64,000 bases of DNA from Myxococcota bacterium (GCA_965250285.1 OZ252299.1:5056001-5120000), one strand, 5' to 3'; shown: positions 9,544-19,431, counted from the stretch's first letter. The notes: generated by a model from the sequence alone, not told the origin. Made by a program: numbers and translations.

Positions 9544-10893
9544 TCAGGCGCGCAGCACGGCGTCCAGAATCGCGTCGGGGTCGTCGAGGCCGGTCTCGTC
9601 CTGCAAGGCGAGGCAGCGTTCGAGGATCTGTCCATATTCGGGCCCGGGCGAGTAGCCCCGCGCCACCAGGTGTCGGCCCTGGACGACCGCGGTCTTCGGA
9701 CCGTCCGCGATCCCGAGCGCGGCGACCCGTTCGAGGAACCGATCGCCCGCCTCGAAGCGCCCCGCGCGCGCGTCGTCGGTCGTGCGGCCCAGATGATCCG
9801 CGCGGGCGACGTCGGCGAGCAGCTTCGGTGAAACCCGCGCCGCGTCCAACCGGCGGACGAGTTTGCGAAACGCCTTGTCGCCCGAGCCCTGTCCGACGAG
9901 CTGCACGGGTGCCAGGTGTCGATCGACGAGCACCTCGATCTGACGGATCAAGCGATGGGACGCCTCGAGGCGCCGCAGAAAGCGGCGGGTCGGGTCTCGG
10001 CCAGCGCGTTCGTGCGCGATCGAGCGGATGCGCCCGTCCGGTTCTTCGCTCGTCGTGTCGGGCTTGCCGAAGTCGTGGCAGAGCGTCGCGAGCATCAGAG
10101 TCAGCGGTGCGTCGCTGGCCTCGCGCAGCGTCGCTGCGGCGTCGAGACACATCGCCGTGTGCACGAACACGTCGCCTTCGGGGTGCCACTTCGGGTCCTG
10201 AGGAACCCCGCGCAGCGCATCGATCTCGGGAAACGCGCGCAGCTGATCCATGCGTTGCAGCCACTCGAGGGTGAGCGACGGGCGCCGCGCGCGCGTGAGC
10301 GCCCGGGTCCACTCGAGCATGAGTCGCTCGCCGGGGACAGGGCCGAGATCCTGCTCGGCGCAGAGCGCGACGAGTGCATCGTCGGGCGTCATCTCGAGCC
10401 GCGCGGCCAGGCCCGCCGTGCGCAGCGCGCGCACGGGGTCGTCGCCGAAGCGATCCGGGCTCGTCGCGCGCAGGCGCGCGCGCTCGAGATCTTCGAGCCC
10501 GCCATGCGGATCGAGGACCCGCCCGCTGAGCGGATCGAAGGCCATCGCGTTGATCGTGAGGTCGCGGCGCAGCGCTGCCTCTGAGAATGAATCGTCGAGA
10601 CCTCGGCGTGTCGGCGCGACCCACGAGACGTCCGCGTCGAGCCCTGCCACGAGGCGAATCGCGAAGGCCTTGCCGACGGTCTGCACGGGCCCGATCTCGG
10701 CGAGGGCCGCGTCGAGTTCGGCCTCCTCGAGCCCGTGGACTTCGAGGTCGAGGTCGACCGGCGCTTCGCCGCGCAGCCGATCTCGCACCCAGCCCCCGAC
10801 GACGAGCGCGCGCCCGCCCCGCGCATCGACGCGCCGCGCGACATCGCGAATGCGCGCGGGCACGGCCGCGGGGTCGATCGCGTGCGCGCTCAT
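9544..10893 (-). CDS. tRNA nucleotidyltransferase (class II) with HD domain
   Basis: VGGWVRD, DLD, RRDLTINA, DDPVR, WHPEGDVFVHT, HDFGK. Confidence 0.9.
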   Translation of the reverse strand: MSAHAIDPAAVPARIRDVARRVDARGGRALVVGGWVRDRLRGEAPVDLDLEVHGLEEAELDAALAEIGPVQTVGKAFAIRLVAGLDADVSWVAPTRRGLDDSFSEAALRRDLTINAMAFDPLSGRVLDPHGGLEDLERARLRATSPDRFGDDPVRALRTAGLAARLEMTPDDALVALCAEQDLGPVPGERLMLEWTRALTRARRPSLTLEWLQRMDQLRAFPEIDALRGVPQDPKWHPEGDVFVHTAMCLDAAATLREASDAPLTLMLATLCHDFGKPDTTSEEPDGRIRSIAHERAGRDPTRRFLRRLEASHRLIRQIEVLVDRHLAPVQLVGQGSGDKAFRKLVRRLDAARVSPKLLADVARADHLGRTTDDARAGRFEAGDRFLERVAALGIADGPKTAVVQGRHLVARGYSPGPEYGQILERCLALQDETGLDDPDAILDAVLRA

Positions 10894-11435
10894 CGGTCGG
10901 ACCTCTTTGCGCGGAGGAGGACATAGGTGGCGCCTTCACCGCCATCGCGCGGCTGCGCCGGTGCGAAGCCTCGCACCCAGGCATCGAGCGGAGGCGTGCG
11001 CAGCCAGCGCGGGAGCGCGCTCTTCAGCGTCGCCTCGCCGGTGGCGGTACTGCGGCCCCGTCCGTGGATCACGAGTACGCAACGATGTCGGGCCGCGGTC
11101 GCGACGCCGAACGCCTTCTGCAGCGTGCGCTGCGCCCCCACTCGGTCGAAGCCGTGCAGGTCGATGCGCTGGGTCGGAGGGGTTCGGCCCATGCGCAGCG
11201 CGGTGAACTCCTTCGGCGGGACATCGCCGCGAAACGCGTCATCGTCGAGCGCCTCGTCGTCGCCGTCTGCGGCATGGGCGGGGTCGGGTGCGCGGCGCCG
11301 CCCGGCTCGCCGGGGCACCGGCGAGCGCTGCTTCGACGTGATGCGCTGAGTCGTCTCGTCTTGACCGAACAGATCGGCGAAGTCGCGGCCGTCGTCCGCA
11401 TCGTCATCGCCGCGCCTCGCGGCTTCGTCGTTCAA
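10890..11435 (-). CDS. Smr-domain endonuclease
   Basis: IDLHG, VIHGRG, DGGEGATYVLL; TTG start overlaps mutY stop. Confidence 0.85.
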   Translation of the reverse strand: MNDEAARRGDDDADDGRDFADLFGQDETTQRITSKQRSPVPRRAGRRRAPDPAHAADGDDEALDDDAFRGDVPPKEFTALRMGRTPPTQRIDLHGFDRVGAQRTLQKAFGVATAARHRCVLVIHGRGRSTATGEATLKSALPRWLRTPPLDAWVRGFAPAQPRDGGEGATYVLLRAKRSDR

Positions 11436-12604
11436 GGGGCTGCGCCCCGATGCGTGGCTCGGGCACGCTTCCGCGGCGACTCTTCGGGGCCTTCGCCCAG
11501 CAGCGCCAGCGCCTTTCGCATCGGCCCGGCCTGGGGCAGCGTCGCGAGCGTCGAAGGTGCCAGCCAGCGCGAAGCCTGGGGCCCGAGAAGGCGTACGCGC
11601 CCCTGTACGGCGCCAGCGCGATACACGTGCAGGGTCAGGCGCCGATGCGTGAACAGGTGCTCGACCGCGCCGATGCGATCGAGGCCATCGACCGTGAGGC
11701 CGGTCGAGTCGGCGACGTGCTCGGCGACGCGGGCCGCATCGGGGGCGGTCGACTCTTCGAGCTCGCCGCCGGGCAGCTCCCAGAGGTTGGCCATCAAGCC
11801 GGTCTCGGGACGCTGCACGACGAGCACCTTGCCCCGGCGTTCGATCCAGACGGCGACGCCCCCGATGGCCTTCGCCTTCTTGCGGCTCGGCTTCTTCGGC
11901 AGCGACTCAGCGTCGCCCGCCGCGGCCGCGTCGCACTGCGCGCGCACCGGACACGTGAGGCAGAGGGGCGCTTTCGGTAGACACGTGGTCGCGCCGAGCT
12001 CCATCATCGCCTGGTTGAAGTCGCCCGCGCGGCGGCCGGCCGCGACCAGCTGAGCGCTCCAATGCCATAGCCGATCGATCACCTTCTTCTGCGTCACGTC
12101 CTCGCGCAGCCCGCGCAGACGGGCCAGCACGCGGACGACGTTGCCATCGACGATGGCGGCCGGGCGATCGAATGCGATCGAAGCGACGGCACCGGCCGTG
12201 TAGGGGCCGATCCCCTTGAGCGCTCGCAGCGCGTCGGCCGAGTCGGGCAAGCGGCCGCCGTGCTCGCCGACGATCTGCCTGGCCGCCGCCTGCAGGTTGC
12301 GGGCGCGCGAGTAGTAGCCGAGGCCGGTCCAGGTTTCGTAGACGGCCTCCTGGTCGGCGTCGGCGAGTGCATGCACGTCGGGGAACCGCTCGAGGAAGCG
12401 GTGCCAGTAGGGGATCACGGTCTCGACGCGCGTCTGCTGCAGCATCGTTTCGCTGATCCAGATCGCGTACGGATCGCGGGTGTGTCGCCAGGGCAGATCG
12501 CGCTTGTGCCGGTCGTACCACGCAAGCAGTGCCTGGCGCGTCTCGCGCACCCAGACCTCGGGGATCGCGTCGCCGGGCGGGTCGGGTCGTCGTCGAGCGG
12601 CCAT
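11432..12604 (-). CDS. mutY: A/G-specific adenine DNA glycosylase
   Basis: RDLPWR, SETMLQQT, GLGYYSRARNL, HhH GIGPYTAGA, VDGNV, CLPKAPLCLTCPVRAQC Fe-S motif, NUDIX-like C-terminus. Confidence 0.95.
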   Translation of the reverse strand: MAARRRPDPPGDAIPEVWVRETRQALLAWYDRHKRDLPWRHTRDPYAIWISETMLQQTRVETVIPYWHRFLERFPDVHALADADQEAVYETWTGLGYYSRARNLQAAARQIVGEHGGRLPDSADALRALKGIGPYTAGAVASIAFDRPAAIVDGNVVRVLARLRGLREDVTQKKVIDRLWHWSAQLVAAGRRAGDFNQAMMELGATTCLPKAPLCLTCPVRAQCDAAAAGDAESLPKKPSRKKAKAIGGVAVWIERRGKVLVVQRPETGLMANLWELPGGELEESTAPDAARVAEHVADSTGLTVDGLDRIGAVEHLFTHRRLTLHVYRAGAVQGRVRLLGPQASRWLAPSTLATLPQAGPMRKALALLGEGPEESPRKRARATHRGAAP

Positions 12605-12691
12605 GCCCCGTTCATAGCAGCCGGGACCGGGAGAACCGAGTGTTCGGCCCGGCGCAGCGGTCCCCGGCGCGCGTCGCAAGGGGCGCGGCCC

Positions 12692-13432
12692 CTAGAGCCG
12701 TACCGGCAGGGTGCCTTCGAGGCGGATGGCGCGCGCCGTCACCCGGGCGCGGATCGCGACGATCTCGACGCCCTCTTTCGCGACTGCGCGAAGGGTCTCG
12801 CCGTACGCGGGGTCGATCTCGTCGGCCGGCGAGACGCTCGAGCAGTCGCCCCGCTGCACGCAGAAGAGCAGCACCGCCCGGTGCCCGGTCGCGCGCAGGC
12901 CTGCGAGCACTTCGAGGTGTTTGCGGCCGCGCTCGGTGACGGCGTCTGGGAAGAGCGCGCGCGCACTGTTCGCCATCGTCACGCTCTTGACCTCGACGTA
13001 GGCGTCTTCGTCGCGACGCCGATGTCGCGAGAGCCGGAAGTCGAGGCGACTGTTCGTCGAGATCTCGGCCGGCACGCTGGCCTCGGCGCGGATCTCGCGG
13101 TAGCCCGCGAGCCCGCTGATCGCGCCCGAGGCGAGTGCGCGCGAGGCCAGCTGGTTGGCACGCAGCGTGTGCAGCCCGACCCAGACTCGCCCGACGCGAA
13201 TCATTTCGAGGGTGTGCGCGAGCTTGCGTTTCGGGTTGTCGCTGGTCGAGCAGCGCACACGTGAGCCGGGCCGATCCGTGCCCCGCATGCTGCCGGGGTT
13301 GGGACAGTGCACGGTCACGACATCGCCGGAGGCCAGCTCGACGTCGGCGAGGAACCGCTTGTAGCGCCGCAGCAGACGGCCCTCGAGGTGGGCTTCGGGA
13401 TCGATCGAGACGGTCGGTTGACGCGGCGGCAT
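12692..13432 (-). CDS. sfsA: DNA/RNA nuclease SfsA
   Basis: RRYKRFLADV, HCPNPGSM, YVEVKSVT, FPDAVTERGRKHL. Confidence 0.95.
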   Translation of the reverse strand: MPPRQPTVSIDPEAHLEGRLLRRYKRFLADVELASGDVVTVHCPNPGSMRGTDRPGSRVRCSTSDNPKRKLAHTLEMIRVGRVWVGLHTLRANQLASRALASGAISGLAGYREIRAEASVPAEISTNSRLDFRLSRHRRRDEDAYVEVKSVTMANSARALFPDAVTERGRKHLEVLAGLRATGHRAVLLFCVQRGDCSSVSPADEIDPAYGETLRAVAKEGVEIVAIRARVTARAIRLEGTLPVRL

Positions 13433-13501
13433 CGCAATCGCGAGGCTAGCAGCGATCGCGATCCCCCCGTTCGAATGACCTGGGGAACCTCTGCACGGTC
13501 C

Positions 13502-13770
13502 GCTGTGCCAGGGCCGGGGCAGGCGGGGGCACCGTGCTCAGACATTCTCGGCGCGATCCGCCAGGGAAGCTCGTTTGCCGCGCACGTCGCGCCTGCGAAC
13601 TGCGCGCGGTACCCCCGCCTGCCCCGGCCTCGAGAGGCTGTGCCAGGGCCGGGGCAGGCGGGGGCACCGTGCTCAGACATTCTCGGCGCGACCTGCCTGG
13701 GAAGCTCGTTTGTTGCGCACGTCGCGCCTGCGAACTGCGCGCGGTACCCCCGCCTGCCCCGGCCTCGGGA
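13502..13770. repeat. Two tandem copies of a ~135-bp element with long terminal inverted repeats (REP/MITE-like)
   Basis: Copies start at 13502 and 13637; each has GGCCGGGGCAGGCGGGGGCACCG ... CGGTACCCCCGCCTGCCCCGGCC. Confidence 0.9.
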
Positions 13771-13847
13771 CGTTTTGGTCGCAGCGCAGCGCGCTCCCCC
13801 AGGAAGCGCTCGCGGCGGGTGCGTGGGGCGAGTTCTGCAGGGCATCC

Positions 13848-14696
13848 CTAGCCGAGCACGTGGTAGCCCCCGTCGACGTGTCGAATCTCGCCGGTGATGC
13901 CGACGCCGCGTCGCAGCAGATGGCAGACCTCGTAGGCCAGCGCGTCGGGGCTGGCGTTGCCGAGCGGCGACTGCGCGTTGGCGCGTGCCTCCGCGTCGGA
14001 GAGGCCGGGGATCGCCCCGCCCGCGCGCGAGGCACTGTAGGGCGAGAATCGGATCGCGTTGACGCGCGTCTGCCGGTCGCGTCCGAGCTCGACGGCGAGC
14101 TCGGTCACGATGCGCTCGAGCGCGGCCTTCGCCACGCCGACGTTCCGATACGGGTGCGTCACTGAGCGTTCGGCCCCGATGTAGCTGAGCGCGACGAGCG
14201 AGGCGCCTCCACTCAGACGGCCCGTCTCGAGGAGCGCTCGCGTGAGCGCGATCATCGAGTAGGCCGACACGTTCATACACTCGAGGAACGCATCGCGGGG
14301 CGTGTCGATGAGGCGCGGGCTCTGGTCGCCTCGAATCGTGCGATCGAACGCCACGGCGTGGACGACGCCGTCGACGCACACGTCGAGATCAACGAGCGCC
14401 GCGCCGAGCGAAGCGAGGCTCTCGTCATTCGAGACGTTGCAGTCGAGCGTGGGCACATCCGCGCCGAGCTCGGCCTCGACCGTCTTGCGGAAGCCTTCGA
14501 AGCTCGATCGCAGGTGATCGAGGGCGCGCTCCGACGTCTCGGGCGGCGCGTGCTGCGGCCCGAGGCCTGTGCACAACAGGCGCGCACCCTGACGACGGAT
14601 CTCCCGCGCGATCGGAAGGGCAAGCGAGGCTTCGTCGGTGATCCCCGTGACGAGCACGCATCGGTCGGAGAGGGGGCCGGGTGATTCGACGTGCAT
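13848..14696 (-). CDS. Enoyl-ACP reductase (FabI-like SDR)
   Basis: VTGITDEASLA, VSAYS, YRNVGVAKAALE, TGEIRHVDGGYH. Confidence 0.8.
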   Translation of the reverse strand: MHVESPGPLSDRCVLVTGITDEASLALPIAREIRRQGARLLCTGLGPQHAPPETSERALDHLRSSFEGFRKTVEAELGADVPTLDCNVSNDESLASLGAALVDLDVCVDGVVHAVAFDRTIRGDQSPRLIDTPRDAFLECMNVSAYSMIALTRALLETGRLSGGASLVALSYIGAERSVTHPYRNVGVAKAALERIVTELAVELGRDRQTRVNAIRFSPYSASRAGGAIPGLSDAEARANAQSPLGNASPDALAYEVCHLLRRGVGITGEIRHVDGGYHVLG

Positions 14697-14777
14697 GGGA
14701 AGCTCCTGGCAGATTCGATTGTGCCTTGCCCGGGCAAGCGCCCCATGGCTCGGCGTAAGGTGGGAGAGCGAGGTCGT

Positions 14778-17276
14778 TCAGGCCTCGACCCAGACGCCGG
14801 GTTCGGCGGTGCGGCGAAGCAGGGGGGCTTCTGCGCTCGTCCAGGCCATCAGGTGGATCCAGCCATTCTCGACGAGCTCGCGGACGTGCTCGTGCCGGGC
14901 GAGCACTGCATCGAGATCATCGGGTGCCGCAGCGATGATCGCCGTCAGCTTGAGTGGCTCGTGCAGGTAGCGCTCGCCGTCGTGCACCGACTGCCAGGGC
15001 AACCCGACCTGCAGGTCGCTTGCGTTGCCGAGCTGCACCCCGTGTCGTCCGACCACGTTGTGGAGCGCCTTGTGGCCGCTGCCGAACGTGACGTTGTCGG
15101 TCGTCGACGCGAAGTACTGCAGGTTGATCCAGCTCGCGACGACGAGCGGCGCGGTCATGATCAGCTCGAGCACACTGCCTTCGGCATCGTCGCTCGCCTG
15201 GTAGTCGTGCAGGAACGTGCGCCCTCCGAGGTCGGTGCCCGTGGTCCAGGCCCGCGGCGCCGCGATGAATGCCGCGTTGCCGGCGAGGCCCCACTCGGGG
15301 CGTACTTCGGACCAGTCGCGCGATCGGCCCTGGATGCGCTTCGCGAGGTTGCCCTGCGCCCGCTCTCCGAGGTCGGGGGCGCGCTCGCATCGCGTGGCCG
15401 CCGTGGCGTCGTCGATCCACTGCTGGATGCGCGCACTCAGCTTGGGGTCGATCGAAGGCGCATCGAAGAACTCGACCGTGTCGCAGGTCGTGTCGTGCAG
15501 ACCGGCGATGAACACCGTGTCGTCGGGGATGTCGATGCCGCGTTCGGCGAGCCCGGCGCGGACATCGGGCGACTGGAGCGCCGCCGCCGCGACGCGCGCA
15601 TTCACATCGCCTCGGTGGCCGCCGCATGCGCCGCAGTCCAGGCCGGACGCGTAGGGGTTGTTCGTCGAGGTGCTGCCATGCCCGCAGATCAGCACGACTC
15701 GAGCGAAGTCTCGCACGAGACCCATGTTGCGCAGCGCTCCCTCGGCGAGGTCGATCTGCATGTCGAGTGTCAGACCGCTCTCGTGGTCGTGCGACGCATC
15801 GAGGCGCGGCGCGAAGCTCGAGTCGACCTCGCGCGCCCCCGGCCGGGTCCAGCCCAGCGAATCCGAGATCAGCCGACCGGCGAACCCCAGGCCGAGCGTC
15901 TCGACGAAGGGATACGCGAGGACCGAGAGCTTTCGAAGCGAACTCAGCCAAGCGGCGCTGTCTCGCTCGCCGACGAGGCGCTTCTCGTCGTTGTGAGAGC
16001 CTTCGCTGCAGACTCGGGCCGCCGGAGACAGGAGCACCGGGCACCGTGCGGAGCCGCTCGTCTGACCGACACCGACGTGTTCGAGTGCGAAGCCGAAGAA
16101 GCCGGCGAAGCCGATCGTGCGAATGCCCGGCGACTGCGCTTCGAGGTGTCGTCTCAGGACCTCCGAGCGCACGTCGATGCAGAACACGGCCTGGAGGTCG
16201 GGGCGCTCGGTTGTCGTCTCGCGGCCCGGCCCGGCCGTCAGGCGGCCGAGGAGCGCGTGCTGATACCCGAGCTCGTAGGCGTGCTGCCAGACGATTCGGC
16301 GCCCGGCGTCGCTCAAGAGTCCGCTCGGCGCGTCGCTCGCGGTCAAGTGACCCGCGCGCCGCAGCCTCAGCTGGTCGGGGGCCATCCGGTCGATCGCCCC
16401 GTCGAAGGCGATGCGCATGGCGAGCAGGTGCACGATGGTGTCGTCGACGTGGCCCACGAGTCGCGCCTCGTGATCGAGCCGTCGTGCGTAGCCCGCCCAG
16501 CCGGCGATCGTCGCGAGGGCCCGTGTCATGAACGGCACCCGCTGCTCGTGCGGAACGCCGATCTGTAGCAGCACCTTGGCGATCACCTCGACCGGGTCGT
16601 GGGGCAGGTCGCGTACGTAGTCGCGAAAGCCCGAGAGTCCGAGCAGCTCGGGGCTGGGGTCGATCGTGGCGTGGCTGCGCCAGGCTTCGAAGAGCGGCCG
16701 ATCGCGGTCGGGCTGAGCCCACGCGCTCTCGCCGAGATCGAACCGGCCCGAGCACCACCGGGCAATCTCGCGCTCGGCGAGGGTCGCGAACTCGGTGTTG
16801 CCGACCCGATCGACGGCCTCGGCCACCGTCTCGACGCGGAGACTCGCCCCTCCGGCGGCTTGGCCGTCGGCGAGCAGGGCCTCGAGCAGGTCGTCGGTGG
16901 CGATCTCCGCGAGTTCGGTTCGCTCGAGCATGCGCGGGGCGTCGCCGAGGGCGGCCAGCACGTTCGGGTGCGCGATGCGCCCCTGCTCGTACTGCGCGCG
17001 GTAGAAGGCGCTCGACATCGTGACTTCGCCGTGCAGCAGCTGATCGATCTGGTGCACTGCGTTGGCGTAGGTCGAGTCGGAGAAGCCCATGAAGGGGTTC
17101 ACCGCGACGAAGTTGCGCAGGCTCCAGAGCGGCGCGATGCGCGACGCGGCCTGCTCGATCTCGCTGCGGATCGAGTCGTCGCGGGGTGCTTCGACCGGGT
17201 CGTGCAGCTCGACGACCTGAGCGTGTGCCTCGTCGGCCGAGGCCGATTCGATCGGAGATTCGAGCTGGAAACTCAT
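14778..17276 (-). CDS. dabA: DabA inorganic carbon transporter subunit (DUF2309/UPF0753, beta-CA-like)
   Basis: IAPLW..FVAVNPF, FCIDVRSE, GFAGFFG, CGHGS, LDCGACGG, DWSEVRPEWGL, FLHDY, INLQY. Confidence 0.93.
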   Translation of the reverse strand: MSFQLESPIESASADEAHAQVVELHDPVEAPRDDSIRSEIEQAASRIAPLWSLRNFVAVNPFMGFSDSTYANAVHQIDQLLHGEVTMSSAFYRAQYEQGRIAHPNVLAALGDAPRMLERTELAEIATDDLLEALLADGQAAGGASLRVETVAEAVDRVGNTEFATLAEREIARWCSGRFDLGESAWAQPDRDRPLFEAWRSHATIDPSPELLGLSGFRDYVRDLPHDPVEVIAKVLLQIGVPHEQRVPFMTRALATIAGWAGYARRLDHEARLVGHVDDTIVHLLAMRIAFDGAIDRMAPDQLRLRRAGHLTASDAPSGLLSDAGRRIVWQHAYELGYQHALLGRLTAGPGRETTTERPDLQAVFCIDVRSEVLRRHLEAQSPGIRTIGFAGFFGFALEHVGVGQTSGSARCPVLLSPAARVCSEGSHNDEKRLVGERDSAAWLSSLRKLSVLAYPFVETLGLGFAGRLISDSLGWTRPGAREVDSSFAPRLDASHDHESGLTLDMQIDLAEGALRNMGLVRDFARVVLICGHGSTSTNNPYASGLDCGACGGHRGDVNARVAAAALQSPDVRAGLAERGIDIPDDTVFIAGLHDTTCDTVEFFDAPSIDPKLSARIQQWIDDATAATRCERAPDLGERAQGNLAKRIQGRSRDWSEVRPEWGLAGNAAFIAAPRAWTTGTDLGGRTFLHDYQASDDAEGSVLELIMTAPLVVASWINLQYFASTTDNVTFGSGHKALHNVVGRHGVQLGNASDLQVGLPWQSVHDGERYLHEPLKLTAIIAAAPDDLDAVLARHEHVRELVENGWIHLMAWTSAEAPLLRRTAEPGVWVEA

Positions 17277-18910
17277 CGGATGACTCCTTCAGCGGGATGG
17301 GTCGACCGCGAGGCGATCGGAGAGACGGGCCACAGCCGCGAGACCAGTCGATTCTGCAGCGTGCCGATGTGGAAGCCGCGCGAGGCGTGCACCCAGGCGG
17401 CGCGCCCCAGTCGGGTCGTGCGCGCCCAGGCGCCTGCATACTGCGCGGCGAACGCGATCGCGAAGAGCGTCACGATGGCGGCCGTGAGCGGCATCGGTGT
17501 GGTCGGGATCGCGGCGGCGCTCGGGATCGCGCTCGCGATCGCGGCTTCGAAGAGACCGACGCCGGCGAAGTAGAGCAGCGCGATGACGGCGCCGACGGCG
17601 GCTCCGCTCACGATCCGCATCAGGGGGTGGCCGACCCGGACAGGAGGCGCGAGCACGAGCTGCGCCGTCGCCAGGGCGAGAATCGAACCCAACACCGTCA
17701 ATCCAGGCTTGGAGGCGAGTTCGATCCCGAGCGCCCACACAGTGCTCGTGACGACGAAGGTCCCGCTCGCGAGCGCGAGCACGACCAGCCAGGGGCCGGG
17801 CGTGGTGCGTGCATCGAGCGCCTTCCGGGGCGTGGGATCCGGATCGACCACCGATCCTGATGCGAGGAATGCGTGGGCCTTGTAGAAGGCGTGGCCCACC
17901 ATGTGAAGCGTGGCTGCGGCGAATGCGCCGACGCCGCACTGGAGCATCATGAAGCCCATCTGCGCGACGGTCGAGTAGGCGTACTTCCGCTTGACGTCGG
18001 TCTGAGGGAGCATCGCGAGCGCACCGACCAGCGCCGTCACGGCGCCCCCGGCCGCCAGCCAGGGCATCACGGCCGGCGCTTCGACGAGCAGCGGGCTCAT
18101 GCGGATGAGCAGCAGCCCCCCCATGTTGATGATCCCGGCGTGCATGAGCGCCGACACCGGCGTCGGCGTCTCGAGCGAATCGGGCAGCCAGGTGTGGAAG
18201 GGGAACTGTGCCGACTTGGTCATCGCGCCGAGCACCAGGAGCACTGCGATCGGCACGGTGGTCGACGGGGCTGCCCCGGGCAGCAGCGCGAACAGCTCGT
18301 CGTACTGGAGCGTCCCGAAGTCGACGGCGACCATCGTGAATGCGGCGAGCAGGAACAGGTCGCCGAGCCGGCTGGTCACGAACTTCTTGCGCGCCGCCAG
18401 CTGTGCCGCGGGTCGATCCGCGAAATGGGTCAGGAGCCGATGGAGACCGTGGCTCGTGGCGATCCAGCCGACGAGCACCTGGAAGAGGTCGGCGGCGACG
18501 ACCAGCAGCAGGACCGCACTGAGGGTGTAGGCGATCCACTGGCTGAAGCCGGCCTGGTTCGGGTCGCCGTCCATGTAGCGGATCGAGAAGCGAGCGACGA
18601 CCGCACCGACCATCGTCACGGTCATGAGCAGGAGCGCCGTGAGGCCGTCGTAGCGAGCGCCGAGGCCGAGCTCGAGCTCGCCGACGACCGGCACCTGGAA
18701 GACGTAGGCCGTGGTCGGCGCGGCACCACTCGCGAGCGCCACCGCTCCGAGGCCGAGCGCGGCAGCGAAGGAGAGGGCCGCGCTGAGCGCGGTGGCCTGA
18801 CGTGCGCGCGCTGCGTCGAAGCGCGCCGCTCGCGAGACCGCGAAACCGACGGTGCCGGGGAGGAGCGCCGCGCAGAGCGCCAGCAGGGCCGTTTCGGATG
18901 AGATCCACAT
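17273..18910 (-). CDS. dabB: DabB proton-pumping subunit (NuoL/ND5-like)
   Basis: SRLGD, KSAQFPFHTWLP, PTPVSALMHAG, YSTVAQMG, HAFYKAHAFL; ATGA overlap with dabA; GAGGAG RBS. Confidence 0.92.
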   Translation of the reverse strand: MWISSETALLALCAALLPGTVGFAVSRAARFDAARARQATALSAALSFAAALGLGAVALASGAAPTTAYVFQVPVVGELELGLGARYDGLTALLLMTVTMVGAVVARFSIRYMDGDPNQAGFSQWIAYTLSAVLLLVVAADLFQVLVGWIATSHGLHRLLTHFADRPAAQLAARKKFVTSRLGDLFLLAAFTMVAVDFGTLQYDELFALLPGAAPSTTVPIAVLLVLGAMTKSAQFPFHTWLPDSLETPTPVSALMHAGIINMGGLLLIRMSPLLVEAPAVMPWLAAGGAVTALVGALAMLPQTDVKRKYAYSTVAQMGFMMLQCGVGAFAAATLHMVGHAFYKAHAFLASGSVVDPDPTPRKALDARTTPGPWLVVLALASGTFVVTSTVWALGIELASKPGLTVLGSILALATAQLVLAPPVRVGHPLMRIVSGAAVGAVIALLYFAGVGLFEAAIASAIPSAAAIPTTPMPLTAAIVTLFAIAFAAQYAGAWARTTRLGRAAWVHASRGFHIGTLQNRLVSRLWPVSPIASRSTHPAEGVIR

Positions 18911-19032
18911 GGTGCCTGTCTCCTCGCCTCTCGATTCCGGGGCTCGAGCAAGCGGCCTGTGTGGTCCCGCTTCTTCGTTCTGCCCGTGCTGCGAGAGGCA
19001 CACCCACGTCGGCAACCCCTCGGCGCCGCTGC

Positions 19033-19158
19033 ATCGAACAACACGACATAGATTTCGTCAAGTGAGATTCGCAAAATAAATTTCTGCGCGTCCTGAGATC
19101 CATCTCGCGAAAAAAAAGCCATGAACTGATTGACACGAAATTTGTATCGGGTAATTGA
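19033..19158. promoter_or_regulatory. Divergent promoter region with two CACGA-N8-TCG(T/G) palindromic sites
   Basis: AT-rich island; sites at 19042-19059 and 19134-19151, each overlapping a TTGAC -35 hexamer (minus 19056-19061; plus 19130-19135). Confidence 0.55.
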
Positions 19159-19188
19159 AGTCGCGTTTGCAAAGGAGGCCACCGAGCC

Positions 19189-19431
19189 ATGAGCAGCCCG
19201 ACCCATCCCCAGTTCCAACCCCTGCGGGGCGTCGATCGTTCCGAGAGCGGCGTCACCGCCCCCAGCTGGCCCCAGTGGATCCGCCGGCTCTTCCGAAGTC
19301 GGCCCCAGGCGATGCACGCGGTGGCCGAAGCCGAGACCCAGAGCGGCCAGGCGGGGACCCGCCCGGCCGAGCGCTCCCTGCTCGGCCCCGTGCGCACGGT
19401 GGTCGACCCGAAAGACATCTATCTGGCCTGA
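19189..19431 (+). CDS. Hypothetical small protein (80 aa)
   Basis: AAAGGAGG RBS, downstream of TTGACA, first ORF of the unit with the CA-like gene; no recognisable motif. Confidence 0.5.
   Translation: MSSPTHPQFQPLRGVDRSESGVTAPSWPQWIRRLFRSRPQAMHAVAEAETQSGQAGTRPAERSLLGPVRTVVDPKDIYLA

Noticed and set aside
17273..18910. Respiratory complex I subunit nuoL
   Set aside because: No other nuo genes; coupled to a DUF2309 gene, which defines DabB
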